Shown in pieces: positions 52,050 to 61,614 of a stretch of DNA of 64,000 bases (positions are counted from its first letter, which is position 1; each line of letters starts with the position of its first letter). The translations under genes were made by a program, and so were the position numbers. The DNA comes from Deltaproteobacteria bacterium. Its GTDB lineage: Bacteria; Myxococcota_A; UBA9042. The stretch is from the NCBI GenBank assembly GCA_016875335.1, contig VGRO01000003.1, forward strand, positions 10,343 through 74,342, given 5' to 3'. The notes under the pieces were generated by a model. The model did not search any database. It was not told where the DNA came from and saw nothing but the letters and a program-made list of their open reading frames with translations.

Positions 52050-53834
52050 TCAGTTGGCGGCGGCGATGTGCAGCTCCGCCAATTGCTTGGGTTCGACCGT
52101 GCACGGCGCCTCGGACATCAGGCACGTCGCCCGCGCGGTCTTGGGGAAGGCGATGACGTCGCGCAGGCTGTCGGCGCCGACCAGCAGCATCATCATGCGG
52201 TCCAGGCCGAACGCGATGCCTCCGTGCGGCGGCGTGCCGTATTGGAGCGCATCGACAAAGAAGCCGAACTTGGCGCGGATCTGGTCGTCGGAAAGCCCGA
52301 GCAGCCGGAAAACCTTGGCTTGCACGTCGCTCTGGTGGATGCGGATCGAGCCGCCGCCCAGTTCGGTACCGTTGAGCACGAGGTCGTAGGCCTGCGCCAG
52401 CACCGCGCCCGGATCGCGTTCGAGTCGCTCCAGGTGATCCGGCCGCGGGCTGGTGAACGGGTGGTGCATCGCCGCCCAGCGGCCCTCGGCCTCGTCGTAT
52501 TCGAACATCGGGAAATCGGTGACCCACAGGAAGGCCCAGCGGTTCTTGTCGAGCAGGTTCAGCCGCTCGCCGACCACCAGGCGCAGCCGGGCCAGCGCCG
52601 CGTTGGCGACCGCCGGCTTGTCGGCGACGAAAAGCACCAGTGCACCTTCGGCCGCGCCCAGGCGGTCCTGCAGCGCCGCGCGCAGTTCGGGGGACAGCGA
52701 CTTGGCGACCGGCCCCGACCACTCGCCGGCCGCGGCGATCCGCGCCCACGCCACGCCCTTGGCCCCGTGGGCCGCCGCCTCCTGGGGGAAGGTGACGTCG
52801 AGGTCCTTGCGCGAAAACGCCGCTCCGTCGGCGATGGCCAGGGCCTTGACCAGGCCGCCGGCCTCCAGCGCCGCGACGAACGGCCGGAATTCGGTCTGGC
52901 CGCGCAGCGTTTCAGTCAGATCGGTCAGCGGAAGGCCGAACCGCAAGTCCGGTTTGTCGCAACCGTAATTGTCCATCGCCTCCGCGTAGGTCATGCGGCG
53001 CAGCGGCAGGGGCACCTCCACGCCCAGGAACTGCTTCCAGACGAAGGCGACGTAGCCCTCCATCAGTTCGTAGAGTTCTTCACGGGTTGCGAACGACAGC
53101 TCCAGGTCGAGTTGCGTGAACTCGGGCTGACGGTCGGCGCGCAGGTCCTCATCGCGAAAGCACCGACAGATCTGCATGTAGCGGTCCATGCCGGCCATCA
53201 TGAAAAGCTGCTTGAACTGCTGGGGCGACTGCGGCAGCGCATAGAACTGGCCAGGATGGATGCGGCTCGGCACCAGGTAGTCGCGCGCGCCCTCCGGCGT
53301 CGACTTGGTCAGGATTGGCGTCTCAAGTTCCAAGAAGCCATTGTCGATGAAGTACTTGCGCGTCAGTTGGGTGACCTGGCTGCGCGCGGCGAAGTTGCGG
53401 TTCAACTCGGGCCGCCGCAGGTCGAGGTAGCGGTACTGCAACCGCAGGTCGTCGTTGGCGTGCACGCCGTCCTTGATCTCGAAGGGCGGCGTCTGCGCTT
53501 CGGACAACACCTCGAGGCCGTCGACCTCGACTTCAACTTCGCCGGTCGGGATCTTCGGGTTGACGTTGGCGCCGCGCGAGATGACCTTGCCGGTCGCCGC
53601 GACCACCCACTCTGGGCGCAGCGACAGGGCCAAAGCGTGCACGGCGGCGCGGTCTGATTCGCAGCGGATCTGCACGAACCCGGTGCGGTCGCGCACGTCC
53701 ACGAACACCACGCCGCCGTGGTGCCGATAGGCCTGCACCCAACCGTACACGGCGACCTGGCGGCCGATGTCGGCGGCGCGGTAGGCGCCATTGCCCTGGG
53801 TGCGGCGGGTGGTGTGCAGAATCGACGTCATCAC
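52050..53834 (-). CDS. aspS: aspartate--tRNA ligase
   Basis: Class II motifs FRDEDLRADRQPEFTQLDLE (motif 2) and GGGSIRIH...GLDRMMM (motif 3), plus an N-terminal OB anticodon-binding domain. It is 594 aa. Confidence 0.97.
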   Translation of the reverse strand: MMTSILHTTRRTQGNGAYRAADIGRQVAVYGWVQAYRHHGGVVFVDVRDRTGFVQIRCESDRAAVHALALSLRPEWVVAATGKVISRGANVNPKIPTGEVEVEVDGLEVLSEAQTPPFEIKDGVHANDDLRLQYRYLDLRRPELNRNFAARSQVTQLTRKYFIDNGFLELETPILTKSTPEGARDYLVPSRIHPGQFYALPQSPQQFKQLFMMAGMDRYMQICRCFRDEDLRADRQPEFTQLDLELSFATREELYELMEGYVAFVWKQFLGVEVPLPLRRMTYAEAMDNYGCDKPDLRFGLPLTDLTETLRGQTEFRPFVAALEAGGLVKALAIADGAAFSRKDLDVTFPQEAAAHGAKGVAWARIAAAGEWSGPVAKSLSPELRAALQDRLGAAEGALVLFVADKPAVANAALARLRLVVGERLNLLDKNRWAFLWVTDFPMFEYDEAEGRWAAMHHPFTSPRPDHLERLERDPGAVLAQAYDLVLNGTELGGGSIRIHQSDVQAKVFRLLGLSDDQIRAKFGFFVDALQYGTPPHGGIAFGLDRMMMLLVGADSLRDVIAFPKTARATCLMSEAPCTVEPKQLAELHIAAAN

Positions 53835-53988
53835 GCGCTCCGGTTCGGCCAGCGGGCCGAGGGGCGCGGATGGTAAGGACTTGGCGTGGGCGGGGCAAGC
53901 GCGCCGCGATCTGGCCCAACGGCCGCAGGTGCGCTACATTCGCCCGCGCCGCCCGGCGGGAGGTGCTGTGAATCACAGACGTTTTCCA

Positions 53989-55575
53989 ATGATTGCAGCG
54001 ATTTCAGCCGTCGCATGCGCGGCCATGGCTTTCCTCCCGGGGCAAGCGACACCGGCCACGAAAAAGCCGAAGCGCCCACCGGTCGCCGCGGCCGAACCGG
54101 AAAAGCCGTGGCCGCTGCCGCAACCATGGCAGGTCGATCGATTCACCCTGGACAACGGCATGCGGGTGTTGGTGCATACCGACCGGTCCGCTCCACTGGT
54201 GGCCGTGGGTCTGATGGTCGACGTCGGATCGCGCGACGAGGCGCAGGGTCAAAGCGGCCTCGCGCACTTCTTTGAGCACATGATGTTCCAGGGCAGCAAG
54301 CACAGCGGCAAGATGGAGCACATGCGCGCTCTGGAGGGCCAGGGCGCGGACCTGAACGCCAACACCAGCGCCGATCGCACCTGGTATTACCAAGTGGTGC
54401 CGCGGCCAGCGCTCGAATTGGCGCTGTGGCTCGAAGCCGACCGCTTTGCCAATCTGGTCATCGACGCTGCCAACGTCGAGAACCAACGTCAGACCGTGAT
54501 GGAGGAACTGCGCGAGCGCATCGAGAACCGGCCGCTGGTGCGCTCGCACCTCGAACTGGTCGCCAACGTCTATGCCAGTTGGGCGATGGGCCACCCGACG
54601 ATTGGCTCGATCGAGGACCTGAACCGCGCGCCGGTGCTAGCGTTCGCATTGTTCTGGCATCGCTGGTACACGCCCAACAACTGCGTGCTGGTGCTGTCGG
54701 GCGACATCGACGTCGGCGCGGCCCGGCCGCTGGTCGAACGGACCCTCGGCCTCGTACAACGCCGCGCCGACATCCGCCGCCAGGCTGTGCAAGAGCCGGC
54801 GCCGACCGGTCACGCCGGTGCCACGCTCTACGACAAGCTGGCGCGCACGCCGGCCGTCCACCTGGCCTGGAAGGTGCCGGCCCACCCGGACCCGGACGCC
54901 TATGCCTTGGACTTGCTGGCCGAAGTGCTTGGGTCCGGCGATTCGTCGCGGCTTGAGAAGCGCCTGGTCCGGCAGGGCGGGCTGGCGGCTGGCTATTCGG
55001 CAGGCACCCATGGCCGCCGCGATCACGACCTCTTTCAGGTGTATGTCGAGTTGGCCGAGGCGGGCCCTGCGGCCATCGCTGAGACGAAGCGCAGGATTCG
55101 CGAAGAGATTTTGGATATCGCCGCCAATGGCGTGACGCCCGAAGAGCTGCGCCGCGCGCAGATCGCTTTTGAAGCCGGCTGGGTCCGCGCCGCCGAGAGC
55201 CCGGCGCGCCGCGCGGAACTGCTGGCGATGTTCGAGGTCTATCACGGCGACGCCGACAAGCTGCGCCAGGTGTTGCCGCGCTACCGGGCGGTCAATTCGG
55301 CCGGCGTGCAGCGGGTCGCACGCGGCTGGCTGACGTGGGATCGCGAGGTCGAGTTGGAGGTGTTGCCGTCCGGTGCGACTGCCACGCCCGTCGGCGCCAA
55401 GCCCGATTGGATCAGGCGGGCCGAAAGGGGCATCGCCGACGCCGAAGCCCGCAGGGTCGCTGCACAATTGCGTGCCAAGGAGGAGGCCCAGCGCAAGGCC
55501 GCCGAAGCCGTGCCGCCGCCCGCCGAGCCGACCCCGGTTGCATTGCCGCCGCAGGCCACGGACGGCGCCAAATGA
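53989..55575 (+). CDS. M16-family zinc peptidase, catalytic subunit (HxxEH), secreted
   Basis: The signal peptide is MIAAISAVACAAMAFLPGQA and the inverted zincin motif is HFFEHMMFQGS...E...E (LEGQGADLNANTSADRTWYY). An alternative GTG start lies at 53968. Confidence 0.85.
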   Translation: MIAAISAVACAAMAFLPGQATPATKKPKRPPVAAAEPEKPWPLPQPWQVDRFTLDNGMRVLVHTDRSAPLVAVGLMVDVGSRDEAQGQSGLAHFFEHMMFQGSKHSGKMEHMRALEGQGADLNANTSADRTWYYQVVPRPALELALWLEADRFANLVIDAANVENQRQTVMEELRERIENRPLVRSHLELVANVYASWAMGHPTIGSIEDLNRAPVLAFALFWHRWYTPNNCVLVLSGDIDVGAARPLVERTLGLVQRRADIRRQAVQEPAPTGHAGATLYDKLARTPAVHLAWKVPAHPDPDAYALDLLAEVLGSGDSSRLEKRLVRQGGLAAGYSAGTHGRRDHDLFQVYVELAEAGPAAIAETKRRIREEILDIAANGVTPEELRRAQIAFEAGWVRAAESPARRAELLAMFEVYHGDADKLRQVLPRYRAVNSAGVQRVARGWLTWDREVELEVLPSGATATPVGAKPDWIRRAERGIADAEARRVAAQLRAKEEAQRKAAEAVPPPAEPTPVALPPQATDGAK

Positions 55576-58571
55576 GGGGTGCCCTGCTCACCGTTGCTCT
55601 CGGGTTGGCGCTTGTCGGGTGCAGCGCCCCGCGCGTCGCGCCGCCGCCCAGGCCGCCGCCGCCCGAAATCGACACGTGGCCGCCCCGACCGATGGTGACG
55701 GCGCCGGTCCAGGCGGTCTTTCCGACGCCCGTCGTATGGGGCATCCGCCGGACTGAGGCCGGCGCTGGCGTGACCGCGGTCGTCGCCGAACGCCACGAAC
55801 TGCCGATCGTGCACCTGCGATGGGTCATTCCTGGCGGGCGCATGCTGGCTTGGAACGGCACCGCCCACCGCTGGCCCGAGGGCACCCTGAACTTTGCCGC
55901 CGACGTGGCGCGCATGGGCACGCGGACCCACCCTGGCACGAAGTTTGCCGCCGCCCTGGCCGACCTCGGCGCGTCGCTGGACGTGCACGCGCTCGGTGAC
56001 GCGGTCGTCGTCGAAGGTTCGGTGCTGAGCCACCAATTCGACCGCATGTTGCCCCTGCTGCGCGAGTTGCTGCTTGAGCCCGCCTTCGACAAGGCCGACA
56101 TCGAGACCGTGCGCAAGCGCGTCCAATCCGACCTGCAAGCAGAGGCCGGCGATCCAGAGGCCGTCAGCGCCCGCCTTGCCCTGCGCCTGGCGTTTGGCTT
56201 CGGTCACCCCTACGCGGCGGACGCGCCGACCGCGGACTCGCTGCTGCGGATCCAGCGCAAGGCCCTGACCGAGGCCTGGGCCGCGGCGACACGGTTGGGT
56301 GGCAGCACGCTGGTGGCTGTGGGCGACGTGCACCCCGCAGCGCTGGCTCAGGCGGTCGAGCGCACGTTTGGCGCGGCCATCGAGACCCTGCCGACGCAGC
56401 CAACCGTGGCGTTGGCCACTCCTGCCACCCTGGACACCTGCCATGTGGTCCATGTCGCCAGCGCGACGCAAGCCGCCTTGCACCAATTCGTGCCCGGACC
56501 GCCGCGCCGCACGCGGCAATGGCCGGCGCTCATCGTGGCCAACCAAATCGTGGGTGGGTCGGCCAGTTCGCGGCTCTTCACCGAGTTGCGCGAGCGCCGC
56601 GGCTACACCTATGGCATCTACAGCGGATTCGACGCCCGTCGCACTGCCGGTCGCTGGTCCTTGCAGGGCAGCGTGCGCAACGCCGTGCTCGGTGACGCAC
56701 TGTTGGCCATCGACGACCAATTGCTCGCCGCCCGCCGCGAGCGACCCACGGATCGCGAAATGCAGGACGCGCGCCGGTTCTTGGCGGGCCAGTTCGCTCT
56801 GGCGTTGGCCGACGGCGACCAACTGGTCGACTACCTTGCGGCGATCCCCCTCTATGGGCTGCCCGCCGACGAGTTTGCCCACTATGCGCAGGCCTTGCAG
56901 GCGGTGACCGCCGACGACGCGCTGGAGGCCGTGGTCAAGACCGTGCCCGCCGCGGGCCGGGTGACGGTCATTGCCGGCGACTGGGAGGCGACGCGGCCGG
57001 GCCTGGATGCGGCGTGCCGCCAGATCGTCGAACACGACGCCGTGGGCAATGTCGTCAGGGTCGTGCTCGGCCGCGACGACGACATGGGCGACGCCGGAAG
57101 GGCGGCGGCGTTCGCGGCGTGGCAGCGCGGCCCGGCGGGGCTGGTCGCGACGGCGCGGTACTCGGCCGATGCCGACAGAAGCGCGCTTTTTCGGGCGGAC
57201 GTCCTCGCGCTCTACGCCCGCGGCGCCGACGCCGACAAGGTGCTGGCGATGGGTCGGGCCGCCGCCGATTGGAAGCAGGCGCTCGCCCCGGCCCTTGCCG
57301 TCCGCCTGCTCCGCCACCTGGCCGACGCCGACAAGGCCGTGCAGAAGCGTGCCCATGCGCTGCTGCTGGCCATGGCGAACCACACGGTGGCCGGCAAGTG
57401 GGCCGACGTGGACCAAGAGGCAGGGCGCGCATTGCGAGTCGCGGTGGCCAATTGGGCCTTTGGCGATGTCGATGCCGGCAAGACGCCCGACCAGGTATTG
57501 GCGTTGGCCGACGCCCGGCTCGACCCCGGCGACCTCGCGCTGCTCGGCGACGCCTGCGGCGAAGTCCTGGAACACTGGCTGGCCAACGACGTGCGGCGCC
57601 ACGAGGCCGTACAGGCGCTCTTGCGTGACAAGACGCCTGCGAACCTCGGTGCACTGGTCCGCGGCTATCGGCGGCTGTTTGCCTACGGCGTGGCGCCCGT
57701 GGACCGCGACCTGGAGGCACTGGGCCAGGTGCAAGGCATCGATGCGCTTGCGCTGCTGCTCGACGTGCACAGCAACGTCCAGGGCAGCGATCTGCCGCAC
57801 GCGGTCACCCGCACGGCGGGCCTGATGGCTACGGCGCGCGCGCTGACCGACCGTCTGGCCAAGGAAAAGGCCCAAGGCGGGTCGGGCGGGACGGAACTCG
57901 CCGCGCGCTTCGACCGCGTCGAGAGCCACCTCGAGAACCTGCTGGCCATGCGCAACGCCGACGACCGGTGGTGGGCCGCCGGGCTGCTTGCCCGGTACCG
58001 CGCCGTGTCCGGCCTGCGGCGGGTGCTGGCGGGGCTGCGCGACGATGCGAACTACCGAGAACCGCGCTGGCGCACCGTCGATCCCAAGCGCATGGCAGCG
58101 CTTTTCGCCCGCGACGACATTGCGCCGCTCGGCCACGACGCCGAGCCCGCCCTGCTCGCAGCGCTGTCCGCGCCCAAGCCCATCGGCAAGGTGGTGGCGG
58201 TGCTCGGCCTGCGGGCGATCCACAGCGACGGCGGGCTCAACGCGCTGCGCACGAGCACCGACGACACGGAGGTGTCGACCTACCTCGAACTGCCTGCGCC
58301 CTTTACGGTGCGCGATCTGTGCCTCGCCTCCGTGGACGTCATGCGCATGTGGCGCGACATCGACAAGCAGGTCTCGGCCGGCACGATGTCGGTCGAGTCG
58401 GCGGCGATCTACAGGGATGTGTCGTACTTCATCGTCGAGCTCGCCGACAAGCGGCTGCGCGAAGAGGTCCACCGCCAGGTGTTGCAGCGCACCCAGGCTG
58501 TGCCCGCGGCAGCCGATTCGACTCCCGCCACGGCGCCACCCACGGGCAGCAATCCTGGCCACCCGCGCTGA
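55572..58571 (+). CDS. M16-family peptidase, non-catalytic-type subunit (lipoprotein) with a C-terminal helical-repeat extension of about 500 aa
   Basis: The ATG overlaps the upstream stop as ATGA. The lipobox is LALVGC. The M16 fold has no HxxEH. The C-terminal half is Ala/Leu-rich repeats (ALYARGADADKVLAMGRAAADW..., HLADADKAVQKRAHALLLAM...). Confidence 0.8.
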   Translation: MRGALLTVALGLALVGCSAPRVAPPPRPPPPEIDTWPPRPMVTAPVQAVFPTPVVWGIRRTEAGAGVTAVVAERHELPIVHLRWVIPGGRMLAWNGTAHRWPEGTLNFAADVARMGTRTHPGTKFAAALADLGASLDVHALGDAVVVEGSVLSHQFDRMLPLLRELLLEPAFDKADIETVRKRVQSDLQAEAGDPEAVSARLALRLAFGFGHPYAADAPTADSLLRIQRKALTEAWAAATRLGGSTLVAVGDVHPAALAQAVERTFGAAIETLPTQPTVALATPATLDTCHVVHVASATQAALHQFVPGPPRRTRQWPALIVANQIVGGSASSRLFTELRERRGYTYGIYSGFDARRTAGRWSLQGSVRNAVLGDALLAIDDQLLAARRERPTDREMQDARRFLAGQFALALADGDQLVDYLAAIPLYGLPADEFAHYAQALQAVTADDALEAVVKTVPAAGRVTVIAGDWEATRPGLDAACRQIVEHDAVGNVVRVVLGRDDDMGDAGRAAAFAAWQRGPAGLVATARYSADADRSALFRADVLALYARGADADKVLAMGRAAADWKQALAPALAVRLLRHLADADKAVQKRAHALLLAMANHTVAGKWADVDQEAGRALRVAVANWAFGDVDAGKTPDQVLALADARLDPGDLALLGDACGEVLEHWLANDVRRHEAVQALLRDKTPANLGALVRGYRRLFAYGVAPVDRDLEALGQVQGIDALALLLDVHSNVQGSDLPHAVTRTAGLMATARALTDRLAKEKAQGGSGGTELAARFDRVESHLENLLAMRNADDRWWAAGLLARYRAVSGLRRVLAGLRDDANYREPRWRTVDPKRMAALFARDDIAPLGHDAEPALLAALSAPKPIGKVVAVLGLRAIHSDGGLNALRTSTDDTEVSTYLELPAPFTVRDLCLASVDVMRMWRDIDKQVSAGTMSVESAAIYRDVSYFIVELADKRLREEVHRQVLQRTQAVPAAADSTPATAPPTGSNPGHPR

Positions 58572-58662
58572 CACGCGCGCGCCCCCGCGGACGCCTGCAG
58601 GCACCAGCGATGACACGCGCAGGCCCCATGCGCTGACATGGGCGGGTCTCACGCGCTGACAC
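58564..58662. repeat. Four copies of a GCGCTGACA(C/T) / TGACACGCGC motif within 100 bp upstream of the tandem AAA+ ATPase gene
   Basis: cgcgctgacacgcgcgc (58564), gatgacacgcgc (58609), gcgctgacatggg (58630) and cgcgctgacacacc (58653). These are candidate operator or promoter (TTGACA-like) elements. Confidence 0.35.
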
Positions 58663-58701
58663 ACCCTGGACGCCGTGCTACGTTCGCCGCCGAGGTCGCC
58701 G

Positions 58702-60891
58702 ATGTCCAAGCTCAAGTCCTCCAAGAAACCGACCGCGGCCGAGGTGCACCCGGCGCAGCGCACCGCGTTGTGCCAGCGCTGGCTGGCGGCAGCGTGCACC
58801 CACATGCGCCAGCGACTGGTCATGGCGACCCAGGTGCGCCAGGCCAAGGCAGCGGGCCTCACCGACGAGGAGGCGCTGATGTCGGTCGAGCCTACCCAGG
58901 TCGAGGTCACGCGCGCCTACAAGAAGTTGGCGCAGGTCGAGGGCGAGGCCGAGGGCCACAACCTGCGGCTGCCCATCGAAGTCCTGACGGCTCAGGGCGA
59001 CCTGGGCGACGACGACCGCGACATCCTGGTGCTGGCGGTGGCGCCGCAAGTCGACGTCGAAATCCGCGACGCCATCGCCCGCTTCAACGACAACTTGCTC
59101 GCCAACTACGTCGACGTGCGGCTGTGTGTCGAGTTCCTGCGCACCGACCCGGTCGAGCGCCTCGGCCTGCGCGGCCACTTTGCCCCCGATGCGTCGCTGC
59201 GGCGGTTGCGCTTGGTCGCGCTGGAGAAGCGCGATGCCGGCGGCGACAACCTGCTCGGCTACGAGGTGACGCCCGCTCCGCGCGCCTTGCAGTTGCTCCT
59301 GGGCGATCAGGGCCTGCTCGACGTGTCGATGTCGGGCATTGCCGAGTTCCGCCGTTCGCAGGTGCGGCTCGACCAAGTCATCTTGCCGGCGGGCGACCTC
59401 GACCCGATGCTGACGCTGCTCGATGCGTGGTCTCGGCGGGCGCAACGGACGCATGCCGCGGCGTCGCCGTTCTCGATGGCCCCTGGGCTCGTCGTCGAAG
59501 TTTCCGGTCCACCCGGCACCGGCAAGACCATGCTGGTCGACGGGTTGGCCCACCACCTGGATCGGCCGATCCTCGAAATCGACGCCAGTCGCCTCACCGA
59601 GCAAGCCGACATCGATGTGCAGCGCGCGTTGCTGTCCAGCCTCGATCAGGCGCGCCTCATCGACGCCATCGTGGTGCTGGATGGCGTGGACGGGTTGCTC
59701 GCCAAGGGCAACGCCAAGGTCGACGTCGTGCAGGAGTCGATGCGCGGCCACCCGGGGTTGGTCATCTTGACGTCGCGCGATACCGCCACCTTGGACAGCA
59801 ACCTCGACCGCTTCATCGTGCAGAGGCTCATCCTGGACACTCCGGGTCCGGTCGAGCGCAAGCGCATCTTCGATCTGCACGTGCCGGACGGCGTGGCCTT
59901 CGAGGACGATGCGGCCATCACCGCGCTCGCTGGCCAGTTCACCTTTCCAGGTGCGCTCATCCGCAATGCCATGCAGGTGGCCACCAACCGCGCGTTCGCC
60001 CTGTCGCCCGACGCCCCGGTCATCGGCGCGGAGTTGCTCAAGAAGGCCTGCTACGAGCAGATCCGCGCCAGCCTGGACGAATACGCGGTGCGCAAGAAGG
60101 TGGGGCTCACGCTCGAAGACCTCATCGTGCCGACCGAGACCCGCGACGACATTGAGGAGATGTTCGTGGCCGCCCGGCAGCGTTCGCATGTGCTGCACAA
60201 CTGGGGATTCGCGCAGAAGATGAGCACCGGCAAAGGCATTGTCGCGCTTTTCTCGGGCGAACCAGGCGTCGGCAAGACGCTGTGTGCGACGATCCTGGCC
60301 AACGAGATGGACCAGCAACTTTTCCAGATCGCCATCCCGCGGGTCATCAGCAAGTGGATCGGTGAGACTGAGAAGAACATCGAGAAGATCTTCGAGACCG
60401 CCAAGGCCAGCCACGGCATTCTGCTTTTCGACGAGGCCGACTCGCTTTTCGCCAGCCGCACCAAGGTCGATTCGAGCGTCGACCGCTACAGCAACATGGC
60501 GACGAACATGCTCTTGCAGGAGATTGAGAACTTCGACGGCATCGTCATCCTGACCACCAACTTGGAGAAGAACATCGACAAGGCCTTCCAGCGCCGCATC
60601 GGGTTCAAGATCCACTTCCCGTTTCCCGAGGCGCCGTATCGCGCCAAGATCTGGCGCACACTGGTGCCCCGGACCTGCCCGGTGGATCCGGCCCTGGACT
60701 GGGAGGAACTCGGCCTCCGCTTTGAGCTGTCGGGTGGCCACATCAAGAACGCCGTGCTGCGCGCCGCCTATCAGGGGTCAGCCGACAACGACATCCTGCG
60801 CTTCAAGCATTTCGAGTACGCAGCGCGCCAGGAGTGCAAGAACGCCGGCAAGGTGTTTCGCAGCTCCGTCGGGGTTGGCGATTTGTTTTGA
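58702..60891 (+). CDS. tandem AAA+ ATPase (two AAA modules; first with a degenerate Walker B, second canonical), SpoVK/CbbX-like
   Basis: AAA1 reads VSGPPGTGKTML...VVLDGVDGLL. AAA2 reads FSGEPGVGKTLCATILA...ILLFDEADSLFASR...LTTN, with a C-terminal lid LSGGHIKNAVLRAA. The ATG at 58702 has a GAGGT ribosome-binding site. Confidence 0.85.
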   Translation: MSKLKSSKKPTAAEVHPAQRTALCQRWLAAACTHMRQRLVMATQVRQAKAAGLTDEEALMSVEPTQVEVTRAYKKLAQVEGEAEGHNLRLPIEVLTAQGDLGDDDRDILVLAVAPQVDVEIRDAIARFNDNLLANYVDVRLCVEFLRTDPVERLGLRGHFAPDASLRRLRLVALEKRDAGGDNLLGYEVTPAPRALQLLLGDQGLLDVSMSGIAEFRRSQVRLDQVILPAGDLDPMLTLLDAWSRRAQRTHAAASPFSMAPGLVVEVSGPPGTGKTMLVDGLAHHLDRPILEIDASRLTEQADIDVQRALLSSLDQARLIDAIVVLDGVDGLLAKGNAKVDVVQESMRGHPGLVILTSRDTATLDSNLDRFIVQRLILDTPGPVERKRIFDLHVPDGVAFEDDAAITALAGQFTFPGALIRNAMQVATNRAFALSPDAPVIGAELLKKACYEQIRASLDEYAVRKKVGLTLEDLIVPTETRDDIEEMFVAARQRSHVLHNWGFAQKMSTGKGIVALFSGEPGVGKTLCATILANEMDQQLFQIAIPRVISKWIGETEKNIEKIFETAKASHGILLFDEADSLFASRTKVDSSVDRYSNMATNMLLQEIENFDGIVILTTNLEKNIDKAFQRRIGFKIHFPFPEAPYRAKIWRTLVPRTCPVDPALDWEELGLRFELSGGHIKNAVLRAAYQGSADNDILRFKHFEYAARQECKNAGKVFRSSVGVGDLF

Positions 60892-61065
60892 CGTTTGCGT
60901 GGCGCGGTAGCCCTGGGGCGGCGCCGCAATCCTGAACAAGCGACCCGGTGTCCATGGATGCGACCTGCCGGCGGGCGGCGGATGTCGCACGGCAGCCCTG
61001 CTGCCCATTGGTCCTTGCCACAAGTTTGTCACAACGGTACGCTGGCATTCCCCGTCCGGTTGGAC

Positions 61066-61614
61066 ATGCCCGCTTCGCTCCGACCCTTGCCGCTTGCCCC
61101 CTGGCGCCGCCTTGCCGCGGCGGCCCTTGCGCTGCCGTTGTTCGCGCAATTCGTGGGGCTGTCGCTGGTCTGCCGGTGCGGCGGTTGCCCGACCAGCAAG
61201 GCCTGGGGCGTCGACGCGAACGCTGGCCGGCCTGCGTGCTGCCATGGCGACGAAGAAACGACCGCTACCGCAGCGGCGCCGGCCTGCGCGCCAACGGCAA
61301 GCGCCAAGAACAAGGCCGCCGACAAGGCTGCGGCGCTCTGCGGAGTCGCCACCACCGTCAAGGCCGGCCAGGAATTCAGCGCCGAGGTCCTGGTCACCCA
61401 GGTCGCCGACGGACCGGCTGTGCCCGGACTGTCGTTCACGGTCAAGTTCATCCACGTCGGCATGGGCCACGGCGGCAGCAAGGTGCCGATGGTTGAAGAG
61501 GCCGGTGGCGGCCTGTACAAGGTCACCGCGCTCAAGCCGTCGATGGCCGGCAACTGGCGGATGACCCTGACCGCGGGCGCCGACGCGTTCGCCTTCGACT
61601 TCAAGGTCAACTGA
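61066..61614 (+). CDS. small membrane-anchored Cys/Met/His-rich protein, putative copper-binding (FixH/YtkA-like fold suspected)
   Basis: The TM helix is LAAAALALPLFAQFVGLSLV. The Cys clusters are CRCGGCPTSK and CCHGDEE. The C-terminal beta-rich domain carries HVGMGHGG and MAGNWRM motifs. Its stop overlaps the ATG of the downstream multicopper oxidase (TGATG). Confidence 0.5.
   Translation: MPASLRPLPLAPWRRLAAAALALPLFAQFVGLSLVCRCGGCPTSKAWGVDANAGRPACCHGDEETTATAAAPACAPTASAKNKAADKAAALCGVATTVKAGQEFSAEVLVTQVADGPAVPGLSFTVKFIHVGMGHGGSKVPMVEEAGGGLYKVTALKPSMAGNWRMTLTAGADAFAFDFKVN

Noticed and set aside
55281-58910. 1209-aa minus-strand ORF
   Set aside because: It is antisense to the two M16 peptidase genes, which have clear HxxEH/M16 homology. 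The product is Arg/Gly-rich with no domain.
60892-61065. TGGCAT...GTCC sequence upstream of the copper-protein gene as a sigma-54 -24/-12 promoter
   Set aside because: The -24 element is imperfect (TGGCAT) and there is no TTGC at the correct spacing, so it does not meet the TGGCAC-N5-TTGC consensus.
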